DNA from: Podarcis bocagei
Taxonomy: Eukaryota
DNA length: 64,000 bases
NCBI GenBank assembly: GCA_964188305.1
Contig: OZ076885.1
Direction: 5' to 3' (one strand)
Below the pieces are notes generated by a model. It searched no databases. It saw only the letters and a list, made by a program, of their open reading frames with translations, and was not told where the DNA came from. Numbering within the stretch: position 1 is the stretch's first letter; each line of letters starts with the position of its first letter. This document shows, piece by piece, positions 48,395 to 60,924 of this stretch. Both the position numbers and the translations under genes were made by a program.

Positions 48395-51300
48395 AACTAC
48401 ATCCTTGGGTCCAATGTACAGGATTCAGTATGGTCTATTGAGGATGTGGGTAGCATGGAATCTGGTCAGAGTTTGACCCACAGTGAGTTTATAGAGGTGT
48501 GACAGCTTCACTATACATTCAGTTTATAATTCAGTCCACATTTTTCACTTTGTAGTGCCACTGTTCAGATGACTCTTGGCATGTATGCAAAGGCAAATGT
48601 GTTTTTTGGGGGAAGAAACATAGTTTTGAACTAAGATGGCTTCAAAATTCTGAAGTATTGTATGACCCTCTGATAATTTATGAAGTGGGTATCTCAGCTT
48701 GGCTTTCCTTCTTTTAGGAAGAAGCAAGACTTAATTTTCTATATAGAAACTAACTGTTCTCATTTAAAAAATATAGTAATTTACTTTAGCCCATGCATGG
48801 CCATCTGATAGACTGAAGTCTAGCTGGGGTGATAAGAGTATTTGCTTTTATGCTGTATCTAGATGCCTTCCTTTTCTTTTGAATAAGTTTCCCCTGTTTT
48901 ATCTTGGAATTCAAGAAACTCAGCTGAGCCTGCCTAATCCTCTTCTTAGACTTTAAAAGATGTTTTTGCTCTAGCTGGTAGTAGGGTTTCTAAAAAGGGC
49001 TTTGAACCAGACTTACCATGTCTCTAGAGGAGTTTAATATAAAGACAGCCTTTAGTGTCATCAGTATTGCTCCATGCTGGCTTTAGGGGCTCAGTTTACA
49101 AGAGCAATTTTATGATGGCGTCATCAGTGAATCTGATGGCAGAAAATTGCCACATGATGGCACCAGCAGACAATAGAAACTTTTCTGAGGTTTTCAATCA
49201 GTCACAGCCTCAAATGGTTCTACACACCAAAACAAACGTGCTATCAGGCTGCCCCCAAGCAACTCAGCTGTTTTGGCATGCTTGAACACTTTCAAATTCC
49301 TCCATCTGGAAGTTTCCATAGGCTGATGGAGCAATTCTGAGATTAGAGCCTCAGTGTATTTTAAAGCAACATTCAGCAAATGGCTCAGTTAACAGTATAT
49401 TCCAGAGTGTTTTACAAAAAGTCTAAATGAACGTGCCCGCGCGCTTGCAGGAAGAAATTGAATTGGCACTGGAGAATGTGAATAATTTAGTTCATGCACA
49501 TCTTTACTCTGAAAAACTTTGATTTACTTCTGCATGTGCATCTTGTGAAAGGAGATACTTGCAAAATTTGGAGGATGATCTAACAATGTGGTGCTAGAAT
49601 AAATCTGTCTTTTAGCTTCTGCTCATCTCTTCCTCATCATGGTTGCACATTCTGATAGTCAGAACAGTCATCAAGATACTAAAAATTGTTCAAGAATGAC
49701 ATAACCCCTCATTTTCTTTATAATTTGGTATATTCTGAGACCATAGACCCCAACTCTTCTCTTCCTTTTTTCTCTACCATCCTATCAATTGTAAGGCTGT
49801 TTTCTCATTTAATGCTATTTAAAATATGTCTTTCTATTACAGCAGAGACTGCTGGGCACTTGGGCGCTGTGCTAGCTGCACTTGTCACGGTGGCACTGCT
49901 GTTACTAATGGCTGTGATGTATGTGAAGTGCCGTCTGAATGTGCTCCTCTGGTACAGAAACCGTCATGGAGAGGTGGAGATCAATGGTAAATATTGGGCT
50001 GGAGAGTTGGCTGTCACTTTTCCCCTTGTGAGATTCGAGTTTCAATGACAGTCCAACCCAAATGTGAACTTCTACAAGAATTATCCTCTCAGTGTTATAG
50101 CTAGTCAGCACAGGTTTTGTTTTTTGTTGTTTTTTAAAAAATTATAATAAATTTCTCCTCTTGGTACTTTTCCACAGATGGAAAGCTGTATGATGCCTAT
50201 GTGTCTTATTCTAACTCAACGGATGATAGAAAGTTTGTCAACTTCATAGTGAAGCCACAGCTGGAGAATCGTCATGGCTACAAGATTTTCCTGGATGATA
50301 AAGACATCCTGCCCAATTCAGGTATAGAACCTTGTCCAACACCTCATTTAATATGTACCTGGGCAGTCAGACTTGCTGTTGAGTTCAGGCTGCAAATAAC
50401 TTATCTGAAATGGATGTTGGCTAAATGAAGAGAAACCTTCAGTTTAATTTGACCATTTGGCATCCTATGTTTAATATGGTAGCTTTATTAAGTGTTAAAA
50501 TATCCAATTGATAATGGTACACACACTAAGTCTGAATATCAGGTTAACTCTTGCATCCATTTTCAAACAAGAGGAGGAGAATGCAAAAAACACTATTTCT
50601 ATTAGACACTGAGACAGCAGGATGAAAGTTGGTATGCAACTTTCTCTGAAAGTTGCCCTGAACATTCTGCATTTCAAGTACAGCTTAATCCGTGTCCCTG
50701 TTTCCAAGGTAGATTGGAAAGATGTAAAACATAGTGCAGTGCTATATCTGACTGAGATATTAGAATACAGGCTGGTGTATACATTCAGGACACCATTGTG
50801 CATTTCATATATGATCCCAGCTTGACATCTGTATCCTTTTTCAGAGTGAAGGAAAGGGCCACAAACATTGCAATGCAGTACAGTGGTACCTCGGGTTACA
50901 TACGCTTCAGGTTACATACGCTTCAGGTTACAGACTCCGCTAACCCAGAAATAGTACCTTGGGTTAAAAACTTTGCTTCAGGATGAGAACAGAAATCGCG
51001 CAGCAGCAGCAGGAGGCCCCATTAGCTAAAGTGGTGCTTCAGGTTAAGAACAGTTTCGGGTTAAGAACAGACCTCCGGAACGAATTAAGTACTTAACCCG
51101 AGGTACCACTGTATCTGAAATGTAGCCTGTTGAACGCTGCACTTTGCTACTTAATAGATGCAAAAGTATGGCTCTGAAAAATTACTTTGGCACACTATTT
51201 TGTGCCTCTAAAGCAACCTAAAATACCTTTAATTCTAAACACCAATAATGGCAAAACTGCAAAGTAGGAACTGACAGGCTCTCTGTTGTACGAAGAAAAA

Positions 51301-54300
51301 TGTATTCTCCTTAACCACCCAGTTGTCCACAGTTAGGTTCCATTTGCATATTAAGTAGGATGTATTCACAGTCTGCCCAGTATATGCTCAGCACAACTGG
51401 TGGGCTTTCTACACCTGTTCAAAGTCTGTGGCATGATGCATTGCTTAACTTGCATGACCTTGCAGATATGCATTTCATAGAGATGGGTGGTTGTTTTGTG
51501 CTGGCCTGCTGCCTCTCCCTGTGCCTCCACATTTCCAGGCTGTTATTGCATATGTTTGACAATGTGTTTCTTTATTTTGGGCACAGCTTGTTTAATCTTC
51601 CTCCAAAGAGCATGAAGTGTAGTTCCTATCCAGGCAGTTTACAGGCCCACCCCTGTTCTGGCTTCCGCAATATCACTGTAATCATGTGCCTTCAGACCAT
51701 TTGTTCTTATCTGCATCTGTTTTGTTTAATAAAACTTCTATAAAAAGTATGCAGCATCCATTTGCATGGGGATGCAAAACAAGCTGTGTACAAAATGCAG
51801 CTCCTCCATATTCTATAATGCTGCCCACAGTGGACAGTTCTGGTTAAACAAGAATACATCACAAAACAGCATTTCTCAGCAGCTGTATTACCTTTTTGAG
51901 TGTATAGTACTATGGAAACGGCATCTGTATTGTGCTCTTTGTGGTGTGTCTAATAATTAAAAAATGCAATGTTTGAGTATACTCTTCATTTTTATTTTTA
52001 TTTTATGTCCTGAGTGTTCCACCAGAGGCACTCATATCCAAAACCAATAGTGCTGTCTGAAGGACAGGGAAGTTCTAAACAGGCTGGTTAGTTTTTATTC
52101 CATTGCCCAGGGGTTCTCCTTTCTGTAGAGCAGAGTGGATATGCATTTGGATGCTAGGGTATTTCTTTCTTGTACAGGTGAAGGATGAATGCTGAAACAA
52201 CAATGGATTGGTTCTGGCCCTTCTCAGAAGAGATTTAGTTTTTCTCCTCTCTTTCAGAACCTTCTGCAGATCTGATTATGAATGTCAGCCGGTGCCGCCG
52301 CCTCATTGTGGTTCTCTCTAATGCATATCTGGAACAGGAATGGTGCAACAATAATTTCAGGTAATTAGAGAGTCAGCAATAGAAACAAGTTCTCTGATCC
52401 TCCTTTCATTTTTGGAGGATCAGGAATGACTCGGGCAAATAGTGTGTGCAATTCTGATTTGGAGGGATCACTAAAATCATAGTTTGCTTATTTGGTTGTC
52501 CTGGTGAACTATGGCTTGTCAAAATAGTCAAGTGTTCCAATAAGTTATACTCATAAGAGGAGGAGGGAAGGTAGAAGGGAGTAGGAAGGCAGGTGGGAGT
52601 ATCTTCCTGGCTCTCCTATCTATGGTTAGAAGAGCATCTGAATTTATCCAATTTCTGTATACACCTCCAATCACAACACCCAGAATCTCTCTCATATATC
52701 TGGAAATGAAGCACAGCAGTTTAGTGTTAATACCTCTCAAACCAGTTCCTGAAGTTTTCATTGAACTGTTTGAATTCTACTGAAACTAGTCATGCTTAGA
52801 ATTAATTTTTTGGGTGACTAGATTGGGTTTCAATAGTTTGGTTGTGGATTTGCTTAGGACTCTAACCAATTGTCTGGTTTTGCAGGGAAGGTCTTTGGAG
52901 GCTGCTGGAACTATCCCGGAGGCCAATCTTCATTGTCTTTGAGAGCCAGTACCGAGAAATAGCACATCCAGCCATAAATTTGCTGAAGCAGCAGAAGAAC
53001 ACAGTGACCCTTCTGATGTGGCGTGCTGGGTCCATGGTAAGTTGTGGGCTGCAAGGCCATAACTTCATCACTGTGGTTTTGTTTCTCAGTGGCAAGGCAG
53101 TACTTGAAGCTATTCAAGAAGCATAGAAGTGTAGAGTAGCTTCTCTTCCAAGAAGGGTTGAGAGCCAATTCTCCATTACTTGACCTTGCTGTGATGTATA
53201 CCAGAGTAATAACTGTTACCTGCTTTTCTTGGCACTAAAGAGTAGCATCTTCATGAAAGTAGGTTGAATATATTTTTGTCTGTCCGTTATTTTGATCATG
53301 ATCTCCAGTTATTTACTTTTTATTTTAGCTATTTACCTGTTGACTAGGAAATCATCAGCTCCAGAGATTTGCCAAATGATACCTTTTTAGATGAACATGG
53401 CTTGACTGCTCCATGGCTCATGCGTGGAGGTCATGAGCAGGGTTGTAAGCATTGCAGAAAATATAGATAAGTTATATTTTAACTCCCACTTTAAAGAAGC
53501 AAACAGAGCCACAGGGAGGCACCAGAACCTGAGAAATAAGAATTGGAAACATATACTTGCTTCACCCAGGGTACTCTCAGTGCAAAGAGAAGTGAAAAGA
53601 GAGGGGGAAGTTAGAGGCTGGAGAAGGAAAAAAGCACAAACCCTTCCCTAAAATGAGCATTTGCAGGGGAGCATTCTAGCAGGATAGAGACTTCTGGTTT
53701 ACATTTATTGCTGTTTCTTTATCTGTGCTAAATGAACAATAGCATGCTTGTGACTCACAATACTCCTTGCAGTTACACATCAGGATATTTAGTTATTTTA
53801 TTATGCTTTTCACCCACCCTTCACCTCACGGTCCCAGGGCAGGTTACAACAATTAGAAAAACTACTGACATGACACATGTGTGTGTATTTTTAAAGAACT
53901 GGACCCATCGTGTTTTGTAAGCTGGTATAATGCAAAACTTGTAGCTCATATAAATATTTAAATACATAAGTAGGATGCACACACAGGTAAACAAATAACT
54001 GCAAGCATGCTTGCAATAGACCTTAGGTTTCCAGAACTTAGGGAGTGCAAGGAATGGAGGGGAGGGGACAACAGCACACAGTGCAAAGACATCCCATCAA
54101 GCACCTCCCACTCTTGGGGGGCAGGAAGCACTTCAATAGAGTTCATTTGAAGGTGGTCCTGTGGACAGATGTGCACAAAAATCCACATGGAAAAATCAGA
54201 GCTGTGCAACTCACTTGTGCAATTAACACTCTGCTGTGCACACAACCTATGCCCCAAGACATAAGAAAGGGGCTTTTTGATTTTACTTACAATGTAAAGA

Positions 54301-57300
54301 ATCCTAAGCAGCTTCGTTAAACAGGCTTTTTAGACACAGCATTCAAGGAACTACCTACTCCCCTCCCCAGCTAATAATAAGTTACGACAGCCAAAATATT
54401 TCAAAGCAGCTTTAACAGTGCCTGGAAAATGCCATTAGGTGTAAGGATACTGCTTCCTTCTGGCAGTGAGTGGATCAAAGCCACCATATGTCCGCTATTT
54501 TTTTTGTTTACTCCTATCTCTAAGACAAAATGGGAACAGCACATTAACATTTTTAATAAGACTGTTGCTGTACATGAGCAACAGGCTGCCAGTCTTTGGC
54601 TTCTTGTTTCTTAGTCAGATTAAAAATCTGACTCTTTCCAAAATAAGGCATTAGGAGGGGAATTAATATCAAGAGAGGTTTTAAAGTAACATCCAGTGGA
54701 GTGGTCCTGTCATTGCTAAATTATTTGGTTCAAAAAAAACCCAATTGGCTGTATTCCATCAGGGTGGAATCTGAGCACAGCGATCCCAGTTTTCAAGAAA
54801 GGCGACACACAAATTATATACCAATCAGTCTTATAGATAGCATTAAAAATTACATGTAAAATACCTCCTGTTTTGAATCTGAAGAATGGCCGATGTTGCA
54901 CAATGTAATTGCTGAATAACAAGCTGACTTTAAAGCTGGCTGGTTAATGCTTGACAACCATTCTGTGCTTGCTCATTTAATTCCTGTGTTAACAGAAAAA
55001 ATAAGCTCTTTGCAGTTTTTGTTGATTTTAAAACTGCCTTTGATTACATCAGTAGAAATACATTCTTGGAGAACCTCGAACACCAGCATTGCTTGCTATG
55101 TGTTAATTTGGTAGTAGCATTACCCTTAAAAACTAAGCTAAATTATCTCATAAGTGGATTGTGTCCAACTATATTCCTATATTTAGGGTGGGTTGCAGAT
55201 TGTTCATCCTGATTGGTTTGCAAGGAGGTTATACAGTAGGAGTGGGCAACCTCTGGCCCATAAGCCAGTATTCATTCTGGCAAAGCAAACCCCTTCAGCT
55301 GGCAAGATTATACTCTCTGCTCTCCACTCACCAGCTGATGAGCAGGGTGTTTGATAGTGCTCTGTTTGGCTGTACATACCTGCTGCCCTGCTGGAAACAG
55401 GCACACACGGCGAAAGAGCTCTGTATATTCCATCTCTGGTGGTTCGCAGCTCCCCTGAAATTCCATAAAACTGAAAGCTGAATGACAGCTGAATAGTACC
55501 GCGAAATATTGGCATGCCTATTGCCAATTCTAAAATGGGTTCAAATTAACTGTGCAGTTGCTCTTTGCATTTGAGATCTTGGTGTTCAGGGTGCGTGTGT
55601 CTGCTTCTCATCCGACTTGATTGGGTTCAGAACACCATCAAATATGCTAACAGCATTTCTCCAATAAAAAATGGGCCATTTTAGCTCTAAAAGTAAAAGT
55701 GAATGCTAGCCTGCTTTAACTATTGGAATTAACTCCTGCAATTCTTTTGAATCAATATAACCAAAAGGTTGTTGTAATTAATAGTCAGGGGATAGTTTAT
55801 TCAACTCTGATGCTTGGTAACCAAATTTTTTCCCCCGTTGAATATTTTTCCAGCAGGAATTCTACGGTTGCAAAACTTGATTTAAAGAATAGTGTTTGTG
55901 ACCTCTTTATTCAGAAATACCTACATTTTGTTTTCAACTCTAAAATCACACCATGGCAGTTAAGTTTAAATATAAACATATTGAATTGTATCTGATGGAT
56001 CTATCAAATTTCACCAGCATAAGACTTTCCCTGTGCTCACAATGCAGTGTCTGCAACTTCCTGTCATGGGAGATGCAAAAATATTTCTTTTGCTTCCCAA
56101 ATCTGCTTATGTGGAGAACATTCTGTGAAAGATATAACCCATTACTTACTGGATGCTCAATTTCTGAGAAAGCTTGTAATTTTTTCATCAGTTTTTGGGG
56201 GAATGTTGCCATTGATCAGGCTTTCAAATAATTTATTTTTTACTGGCAAGTTCAAAAAAGGGTATTATCAACACAGTGACCAACTTTTCTTTAGCTGTGG
56301 CCGAATGCTGTTAAAAGTTTGTGGATGCTTCTGCAATAGGACTCCAGGCTGAATGTTTGTGGTGGCTGTTAATTTCCTGCCAATGTTTTTGGTTTAATGA
56401 TGTTTTCATTTTTGAATTCTTGCTGTTTTATTTACAGTGTTGGTCCTATGTAGCTGTACATTTTGACTTGATATGGCCAATGGTCAATATAAATAATTCT
56501 CTATTTAATTTGTATATCTACCCACCTTGCTGTTCCCCAGAGAGGCACACTATCAGATCAGTTAGGCTGAAGTAGCAACAAGGACGCAGAATGGATTACG
56601 TGGAAATATTGTGGCTTCTTGTGCCTGAAAAGGCTGTAAAGCATTGCTGGAGGTTCCTGTCAGCTATGCCCCTTTACCTCAAGGCTACAGGCAGCTCCCA
56701 GTATCTGTCTCAAATTCTTGTAACCTCTATAGGTCACTTTTTCCTCTAGGGCTATGGCTTACTGTAGGCTTCCTCAAACTCAGCCCTCCAGATGTTTTTG
56801 GCCTACAACTCCCATGATCCCTAGCTAGCAGTGGTCAGGGATGATGGGAATTGTAGTCTCAAAACACCTGGAGGGCCAAGTTTGAGGAAACCTGGCTTAC
56901 TGCGTGCAGCTATGGTTTACTGTGATGTACAGACTGGGCCACTAAGGTGAGATGAAGTTAGGAAATAGCAAGCTTGGGAAAGCTATCTGTGCGAGGCATT
57001 GAAGCATTGCAGTCTGTTTCTGAGTTTTTGCTGGATACCAGCCACATGTTCTCTTGCCTTTTATCCATGAGGACAAAGCCAAAAGCCTTACTTTAAAAAA
57101 AGAAGAAGAAAAAAAGAATTCACTCAATTTAAAATTGCACTGAAATCCTAGGTTAATGGAAAGGCGAAATCTGTTGCTTTATCTGGCCACGAAAGCCTTC
57201 CATCAGAAGTAATGCCACTTAATACCTCTTAGATTTTGCAGTGCGTTTCATCTCGAAGATGAAACAAAGCTGAATGGGAAAACTGTTGGTGGGGCTGTAG

Positions 57301-59572
57301 ATCCCTCTGTTGTAGCGAACATTTATCTCTCTCTGTTCAATCCTTTGGGAGCCAGACAGGGTGCCTGTGCTTCATAGACGAGGCGCGCCTGTGAGAACGC
57401 TGCCCTCAAGGCAGGGCTGCTGGGACTTGCCTACAGATATATCGCACAAGGGTTTGTGAGTAACTGATGAGTATGTGACAATATACTGCCTCTTTACTGC
57501 TTCTAGGCGCCTTCATCTGATTTTTGGAAGGAACTGTGCCTCGCCCTGCCACGAAAAGTGTCCTATCAAGGCCTCAGGGGAGACCCCCAGACCAGTTTCC
57601 AGGAAGACAAGGACCCTATGCTGATCCTCAACAGCAATTACTTGGATTTCCGGGGGGATTCGCACCCTGAAGGAGACTCTGGTAACAGCACTGTTTAATC
57701 TTCACTCTGTCACCATAGCATGCCAACAGGAGAACACACAGTTGCTCTTGATCCTGCTCTGTGGTTTTTTGTTTTTTTGAGTGTTAGTCCACAGTTAGCC
57801 AGAAAGATTCTCAAGTGAGGCTCACAATTAAGTTTGAAAGAAAAAAAACCCATTAAAAAATCACTTGATAGAAGAACACTGCACTTGCTAAAATTAGCAA
57901 AAGTATAGCCCAGCAGCTTTATTAATCAGTCAGCCAGGTGCCTTTCTACACACTGCCATGAGCTAACTGTGTGCTTCCTGCCTGTATTATTACAGCTATT
58001 TTAGTATCGTATGCCAAAACCCTATGTACACTTACTTTAACGTAAGTTCCATTGAACTCAATCCTTTAGAGTGGATATGTGTAGGATCAGGCCTCACTTT
58101 TGATTACAAAAGCTAAGGCTAGTCAGATGGTAACCGCCCCCCCTCCCCGAATTAAAGATGCTTTGGAATATGTGATCAAATTGTGCTATGTATTCTCATC
58201 TTAGTTTCACCTCTAGGAAATAGGTTTCTTCTTTATTTCAGAATTATCAAAACCTGTTCAGCCAGAGGTGACAGTGGAGACCAATGGAAGTGAAGCCTCT
58301 GCACCCACTTTCAGATTCCTTAAAATTTATTTTCTCCACTTTAAGCCTGTGTAGTGTAGTCAGATCACAAGCAGTAGTATTTATTTAAGGCCTTTATATA
58401 CCATCTGACTTGGCATAATGTGTCTACTTTGGTTGATCACCAGGCTTGGTCACCATTGTGTGCTGTGTCTGTGGCTTCCAANNNNNNNNNNNNNNNNNNN
58501 NNNNNNNNNNNNNNNNNNNNNNNNNNNNNNNNNNNNNNNNNNNNNNNNNNNNNNNNNNNNNNNNNNNNNNNNNNNNNNNNNNNNNNNNNNNNNNNNNNNN
58601 NNNNNNNNNNNNNNNNTACACCTAATTAGCTGATCCTTCATCAGTCAAACAACCATTGCCTCAATCCAAATGAAATGATCTTCCCTGTCATGCAGCAGTC
58701 CACACATACATACTGTGGCACATACATACTGTTTTTCCCATTCACTGCTAACATTGGATAGGGAGCAGGGCAACATGTTTTCATAGAGAACATGTTATTT
58801 TGGCTATGAATCCATTTGTGTGTTTGTAGCGGAAGAAAGGAAATAATGGTGTCGTTATCACTACATGCTTCCTTAGAGTAGCAATACCAAGGAGTGGAAA
58901 TTTACGTAATTTACCACCTCCATCTATCATTTACGTGCAAACATACCCAAGAGTTCATAAAAGAAATGGGTTTTATATCCACCAAAGGGCAGTTTTCCAT
59001 TCTCGGAGCCTGAGACTACAGAGAGCTTGGTGGTTTAGTCCTGACGTCCTTTTTCCTAGGCCTGTGGGACTATGGCTGTACAATGGATCAATGAGTAGGA
59101 AGCGCACCTGAGGCATCGGTTCCAGAGGTTGTGAAGAACAAGCTCTGGCCCTAGGGATTTGTTAACACAGGCTGAGCACTTGCAAAGCAATACATTTTAA
59201 TTTTAGTAACAGGAGCAAAATAAGTTCAGTGGTCATAAAAGATTTACGAGCGACTGGCAAGAGCAAGCCCAGCTCGCTTGTACACGGTGATTTTATTGTC
59301 AAGAGAAGAACAGAGAAAATAATGGGTTTGGCTGGGCTTTTCTTTTAGTTGAGACAGCAGCGTTGGGCTTATTTTGCTGAGGGTGTTGCGTTCACTGTCA
59401 TTAATAGGCCTTGTTTCTTGTGTGGCGCGGCTGTGCACCTTGTTGGAAGCTTTCCTCATTAGTCTAGTTGCTCCATACAACAGCATGCCAGGATGCTTGA
59501 GGCTCCTCATTCTCTCACTTGCAAAGGGAATTGTTGCTTGGAAGACATTTCATTCTCACTAGGAGCGCCTGA

Positions 59573-59623
<51 letters not shown>

Positions 59624-60829
59624 CTGCTTGAGAGAAAGTGATGTACATTAAATGTATTTCATGAGGCTTACAAAGGTGTTACCGGTTTCTCTTCCCAGCT
59701 CCCCTCCTGAGGTCTTTGAAATGCTGCCTGTTAGTGCTAAGGGAAAGAGCAGCTCCTCTCAGACCCTGGGGATTGACGAAAGGCGGGACTGAAGCCTCCT
59801 CCAGATTCCCTAGGTGTTGAAATATTCAGGCCCCTTACTCTTGTCTGACATGTCAAGGCATGTTCTAAAATAAAACATTTAAATTAAGTTTAAAACTGCC
59901 AACTGACTCCCAAGCTGCATGAGATGCAGGAGGTCTATAATTAGATCTCCTGACATTTCTGCTTTTAGTTAAAAGTAGCCAGAGGCTCCAGCTTTGATTA
60001 GAGCAGTGACCCAGAGCCTCAGGCCTGAGGGAAAAATTTTTGAACTCTATTTCCCTGTGCCATTACCCCAATCTGTACTGTCTCCTAGTTATAGATCTCC
60101 TGCATCTCACGCAACTTGATACTTAAATTGGTTTAATAGTTCTTCCTTCTCTCCGGCTAGCCTTAGCAACTAGTTCTTTGAGGAAGGATAGCAATCTCAC
60201 TGAAGTACTATTCGCAGAAATGTTGGTGGGAAGCAATGATACTTAAACTGGTGTTTAAATGAGCTTGAACTGTATATATGTCCTCCTTGTAAATACAGTG
60301 GTACCTCGGGTTAAGTACTTAATTCCTTTCGGAGGTCCGTTCTTAACCTGAAACTGTTCTTAACCTGAAGCACCACTTTAGCTAATGGGGTCTCCTGCTG
60401 CTGCTGTGCCTCCGGAGCACGAGTTCTGTTCTCAGCCTGAAGCAAAGTTCTTAACCCGAGGTAATATTTCTGGGTTAACGGAGTCTGTAACCTGAAGTGT
60501 CTGTAACCCGAGGTACCACTGTACTTGCAGAAAGTATAGTGGCACCAGTCATTTTAAATCACTGCAACTTGTCTCATTCTGCCTTGCCATCCCTTCCTCT
60601 CTGCTAACTGCTACTTTCTCCTTCCCATCCTACAGGTGGCAGGGGGTCCATTTTCAAAGGCGCACCGCCTCCTCCCATTAGTGGCCCTGATGGTCCTCCA
60701 CTTGGTGCTTTGGAAGAAATACAGCTTGGGGAAAACCAAAGGAGTGAGATTGACATCTCTGATTTGGGATCTCGGAACTATGGAGCAAGGACAGATTTCT
60801 ACTGCCTGGTGACAGAGGATGATATCTAA
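33223..60829 (+). CDS. SIGIRR: SIGIRR/IL-1R8 orthologue, predicted 559 aa: signal peptide, two Ig domains, TM, TIR, C-terminal tail
   Basis: Exons 33223-33322, 43948-44295, 46257-46446, 47455-47585, 49843-49986, 50178-50321, 52258-52360, 52886-53036, 57507-57681, 60636-60829 join into 1680 nt without stops. Strong similarity to human SIGIRR: [67 protein letters not shown]. The first two exons are inferred from phase and protein features. Confidence 0.93.
34427..35459. mobile_element. Same hAT family, opposite orientation, different cargo ('Pack-hAT' copy 2), in a SIGIRR intron
   Basis: TIRs cagtgtttcccaaac and ggttgggaaacactg; perfect TSD ctctagtc at 34419-34426 and 35460-35467; about 140 bp and 65 bp of the ends are the reverse complement of copy 1's ends. 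Confidence 0.9.
36065..36430 (-). mobile_element. Degenerate RTE-clade LINE 3' fragment
   Basis: Minus strand encodes a [19 protein letters not shown]...WRQ-like segment. Confidence 0.5.
37351..37690 (+). mobile_element. Full-length Sauria SINE
   Basis: tRNA-like head with B box gttcgaatcc; (ACCTTT)n tail; TSD tatcttcaa. Confidence 0.88.
39169..39418. mobile_element. hAT MITE, same family as 23176-24901, reverse orientation
   Basis: Reverse-complement match to the two halves flanking the L2. Confidence 0.75.
40740..41218 (-). mobile_element. RTE-BovB 3' fragment containing a Penelope-like insertion (~40970-41080)
   Basis: Minus strand encodes [10 protein letters not shown]...[13 protein letters not shown]...; the insertion is flanked by duplicated ttcaaagcccat. 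Confidence 0.7.
42269..42648 (-). mobile_element. Full-length Sauria SINE
   Basis: Reverse complement of the 37351 type; imperfect TSD agttgc(g/a)tattta(g/t)gc. Confidence 0.85.
43948..44295 (+). CDS. SIGIRR: SIGIRR extra N-terminal Ig exon (IL-1R D2-like)
   Basis: 348-nt open phase 1-1 exon: LFCP...IQWSKNC...DAGNYTC, 8 N-glycosylation sequons, CAG|gtgagt donor. Confidence 0.82.
44754..44835 (-). mobile_element. Sauria SINE 3' fragment
   Basis: taaaggtaaagggacccct...gcgctcatctcgcttt. Confidence 0.7.
46257..46446 (+). CDS. SIGIRR: SIGIRR Ig (D3-like) exon a ([12 protein letters not shown]...LNCTV...HWMKD)
   Basis: acag| acceptor, |gtaaga donor; aligns with human VCDRAPDFLSPS..LNCT..QWLKD. 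Confidence 0.92.
47455..47585 (+). CDS. SIGIRR: SIGIRR Ig exon b ([14 protein letters not shown]...[11 protein letters not shown]...FTLQKS)
   Basis: ccag| acceptor, |gtagca donor; YGAF.C motif. Confidence 0.92.
47900..47933. repeat. (CA)n microsatellite
   Basis: Seen directly. Confidence 0.9.
48347..48390. repeat. (GT)n microsatellite
   Basis: Seen directly. Confidence 0.9.
49843..49986 (+). CDS. SIGIRR: SIGIRR transmembrane exon
   Basis: Tandem CAGCAG acceptor; [33 protein letters not shown]; |gtaaat donor. Confidence 0.94.
50178..50321 (+). CDS. SIGIRR: SIGIRR TIR exon 1 ([10 protein letters not shown]...DDKDILPNS)
   Basis: acag| acceptor, |gtatag donor; TIR box 1 and box 2. Confidence 0.94.
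50881..51111. mobile_element. Tc1/mariner (Tigger-like) MITE
   Basis: TIRs cagtggtacctcgggtta and taacccgaggtaccactg; TA TSD. Confidence 0.88.
52258..52360 (+). CDS. SIGIRR: SIGIRR TIR exon 2 ([33 protein letters not shown])
   Basis: tcag| acceptor, |gtaatt donor. Confidence 0.94.
52886..53036 (+). CDS. SIGIRR: SIGIRR TIR exon 3 ([19 protein letters not shown]...LLMWRAGSM)
   Basis: gcag| acceptor, |gtaagt donor. Confidence 0.94.
56765..56894. mobile_element. Short palindromic hAT MITE
   Basis: Inverted arms; perfect 8-bp TSD gcttactg. Confidence 0.85.
57507..57681 (+). CDS. SIGIRR: SIGIRR exon ([18 protein letters not shown]...EDKDPMLIL...PEGDS)
   Basis: ctag| acceptor, |gtaaca donor; TIR box 3 FW. 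Confidence 0.94.
58482..58616. other. Assembly gap (135 N)
   Basis: Run of N. Confidence 1.
59578..59621. repeat. (CA)n microsatellite
   Basis: Seen directly. Confidence 0.9.
60296..60521. mobile_element. Tc1/mariner MITE, same family as 50881, inverted orientation
   Basis: Same TIRs, TA TSD; interior is the reverse complement of 50881-51111. Confidence 0.88.
60636..60829 (+). CDS. SIGIRR: SIGIRR last coding exon (...[28 protein letters not shown])
   Basis: acag| acceptor, TAA at 60827-60829; conserved SIGIRR tail. Confidence 0.94.
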
Positions 60830-60924
60830 GAGATGCTGGAATTTTCCTTGGTGAAACTGATTATCACGATGTGCCTTGACAATGACAATTGGCTTGGGTA
60901 GTTTCTCTGATCTGTAACAACCAA

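Noticed and set aside
54960-56500. Novel coding region (several 85-107 aa ORFs)
   Set aside because: Fragments resemble a heavily decayed LINE RT (FVDFK.AFD) with an inserted MITE-like piece; no coherent exon structure.
58418-58641. ORFs containing X runs
   Set aside because: Artefacts of the N gap.
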